Shown piece after piece: positions 63,484-64,000 of a DNA stretch of 64,000 bases. A program made the position numbers and the translations under genes. The notes beneath the pieces were generated by a model. The model did no database searches and had not been told where the DNA came from. It saw nothing but the letters and a program-made list of their open reading frames with translations. This DNA is from Trypanosoma brucei (taxonomy: Eukaryota): NCBI GenBank assembly GCA_000002445.1, contig CM000208.1:1952001-2016000 (forward strand), given 5' to 3'. The first letter of the stretch is position 1. Every line of letters starts with the position of its first letter.

Positions 63484-64000
63484 TTAATCATCATCTCTTG
63501 CCTGATCCGGACGATTTTTCGGACCGCCAGCTTGCTTGGCAACGATAATTTGGTTCACTTGAAGCACCGTCACAACAGCTTCCGTTGCCAGATTAATTGC
63601 CCAGTATTTTGTTAGATACGGCTCAACAATACCAGCCTCCAAGGAGTCGATTGTTGTGCCATCCTCTACACCAACCCCATTGTGCACCTTGCCGGCGTTG
63701 TGGTCAATCTCGAGCTGAGTTACAACATCTGTTCCATTAAAACCACTAACTTCTGCTAGTGTACGGGCCACTACCTCGAAACTGGAAGCAAATTTGTGAA
63801 TAGCGTACTGGTCAAGACCAGGGCTTGTCTCGGCGAACAACTTCAGCTTTCTTTGGAGTTCCATCTCGACGGCCCCCGCACCGGCTACGAGGCGCTTGTC
63901 CTTGGTAAGGGCCTTGAAAACGTTGACGCCGTCGTCAATGGCCCGTTCAACATCGTCAAGAACGTTTTTCGTTGCTCCACGGACGACAATAGTGGACAAC
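63484..64000 (-). CDS. T-complex protein 1 (CCT/TRiC) chaperonin subunit, C-terminal fragment; the N-terminus lies beyond the window end
   Basis: The ORF is open to the window edge. It has chaperonin equatorial-domain motifs: VVRGATKNVLDDVERAIDDGV, the nucleotide-sensing loop LVAGAGAVEMEL (the group II chaperonin GGGAxE-type motif) and the IVEPYLTKYWAI helix. I cannot assign the subunit identity. Confidence 0.8.
   Translation of the reverse strand, partial: LSTIVVRGATKNVLDDVERAIDDGVNVFKALTKDKRLVAGAGAVEMELQRKLKLFAETSPGLDQYAIHKFASSFEVVARTLAEVSGFNGTDVVTQLEIDHNAGKVHNGVGVEDGTTIDSLEAGIVEPYLTKYWAINLATEAVVTVLQVNQIIVAKQAGGPKNRPDQARDDD

Noticed and set aside
1-64000. Prokaryotic-type systems (CRISPR arrays, restriction-modification, toxin-antitoxin, phage defence) or mobile elements
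   Set aside because: The sequence is eukaryotic (kinetoplastid): no direct-repeat/spacer arrays, no operon-like short overlapping ORFs, and no reverse-transcriptase, transposase, RHS, DGF-1, trans-sialidase, MASP or mucin-like ORFs or terminal repeats. The only sizeable repeat is the intragenic 438-bp duplication.

Overview
No CRISPR, prokaryotic-style defence or mobile-element system is present; this is a eukaryotic window and the notable loci are listed under findings. All convincing genes are on the minus strand. The window is one intronless, densely packed polycistronic array from a kinetoplastid (Trypanosoma-like; about 50% GC in coding DNA). Each true ATG is preceded on the coding strand by a polypyrimidine tract followed by an AG, the trans-splicing signature.

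The gene order matches, from memory, a T. brucei chromosome-10 cluster, which I cannot verify here. The genes in that order are iPGAM, cap 2'-O-methyltransferase MTr1, a coiled-coil ORF, a TMEM184-like transporter, an ORC/Cdc6-like P-loop ATPase, RFC3, a 1329-aa protein, a small membrane ORF, prolyl oligopeptidase, ATP-synthase OSCP and AP-1 beta-adaptin.

Beyond a 3.6-kb AT-rich, gene-free low-complexity island (about 31.3-34.9 kb), the array continues on the same strand. Those genes include a NIF/CTD phosphatase, an AFG1 ATPase, UFL1, a hotdog thioesterase, two SET-domain proteins, TMEM65, a Trl1-type tRNA ligase, a THYN1-like EVE-domain protein, a bromodomain factor, a Nup155/170-like nucleoporin, a repeat-bearing LRR protein and a CCT chaperonin fragment at the edge.

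Two caveats on the supplied ORF track. It translates TTG, GTG and CTG as M, so many listed N-termini are artefactual extensions; I report first-ATG starts where I could check them against the sequence. It also omits any ORF that runs off the window edge, and I found one such gene by hand at 1..2151 (ZZ-type zinc finger protein).

The notable loci are a near-perfect 438-bp tandem duplication inside the LRR gene, the AT-rich island, an EVE-domain protein beside a bromodomain factor, UFL1, the Trl1-type tRNA ligase, a SAS-6-like head-domain protein and long G/C homopolymers. I identified no tRNA, rRNA, SL RNA or snoRNA.
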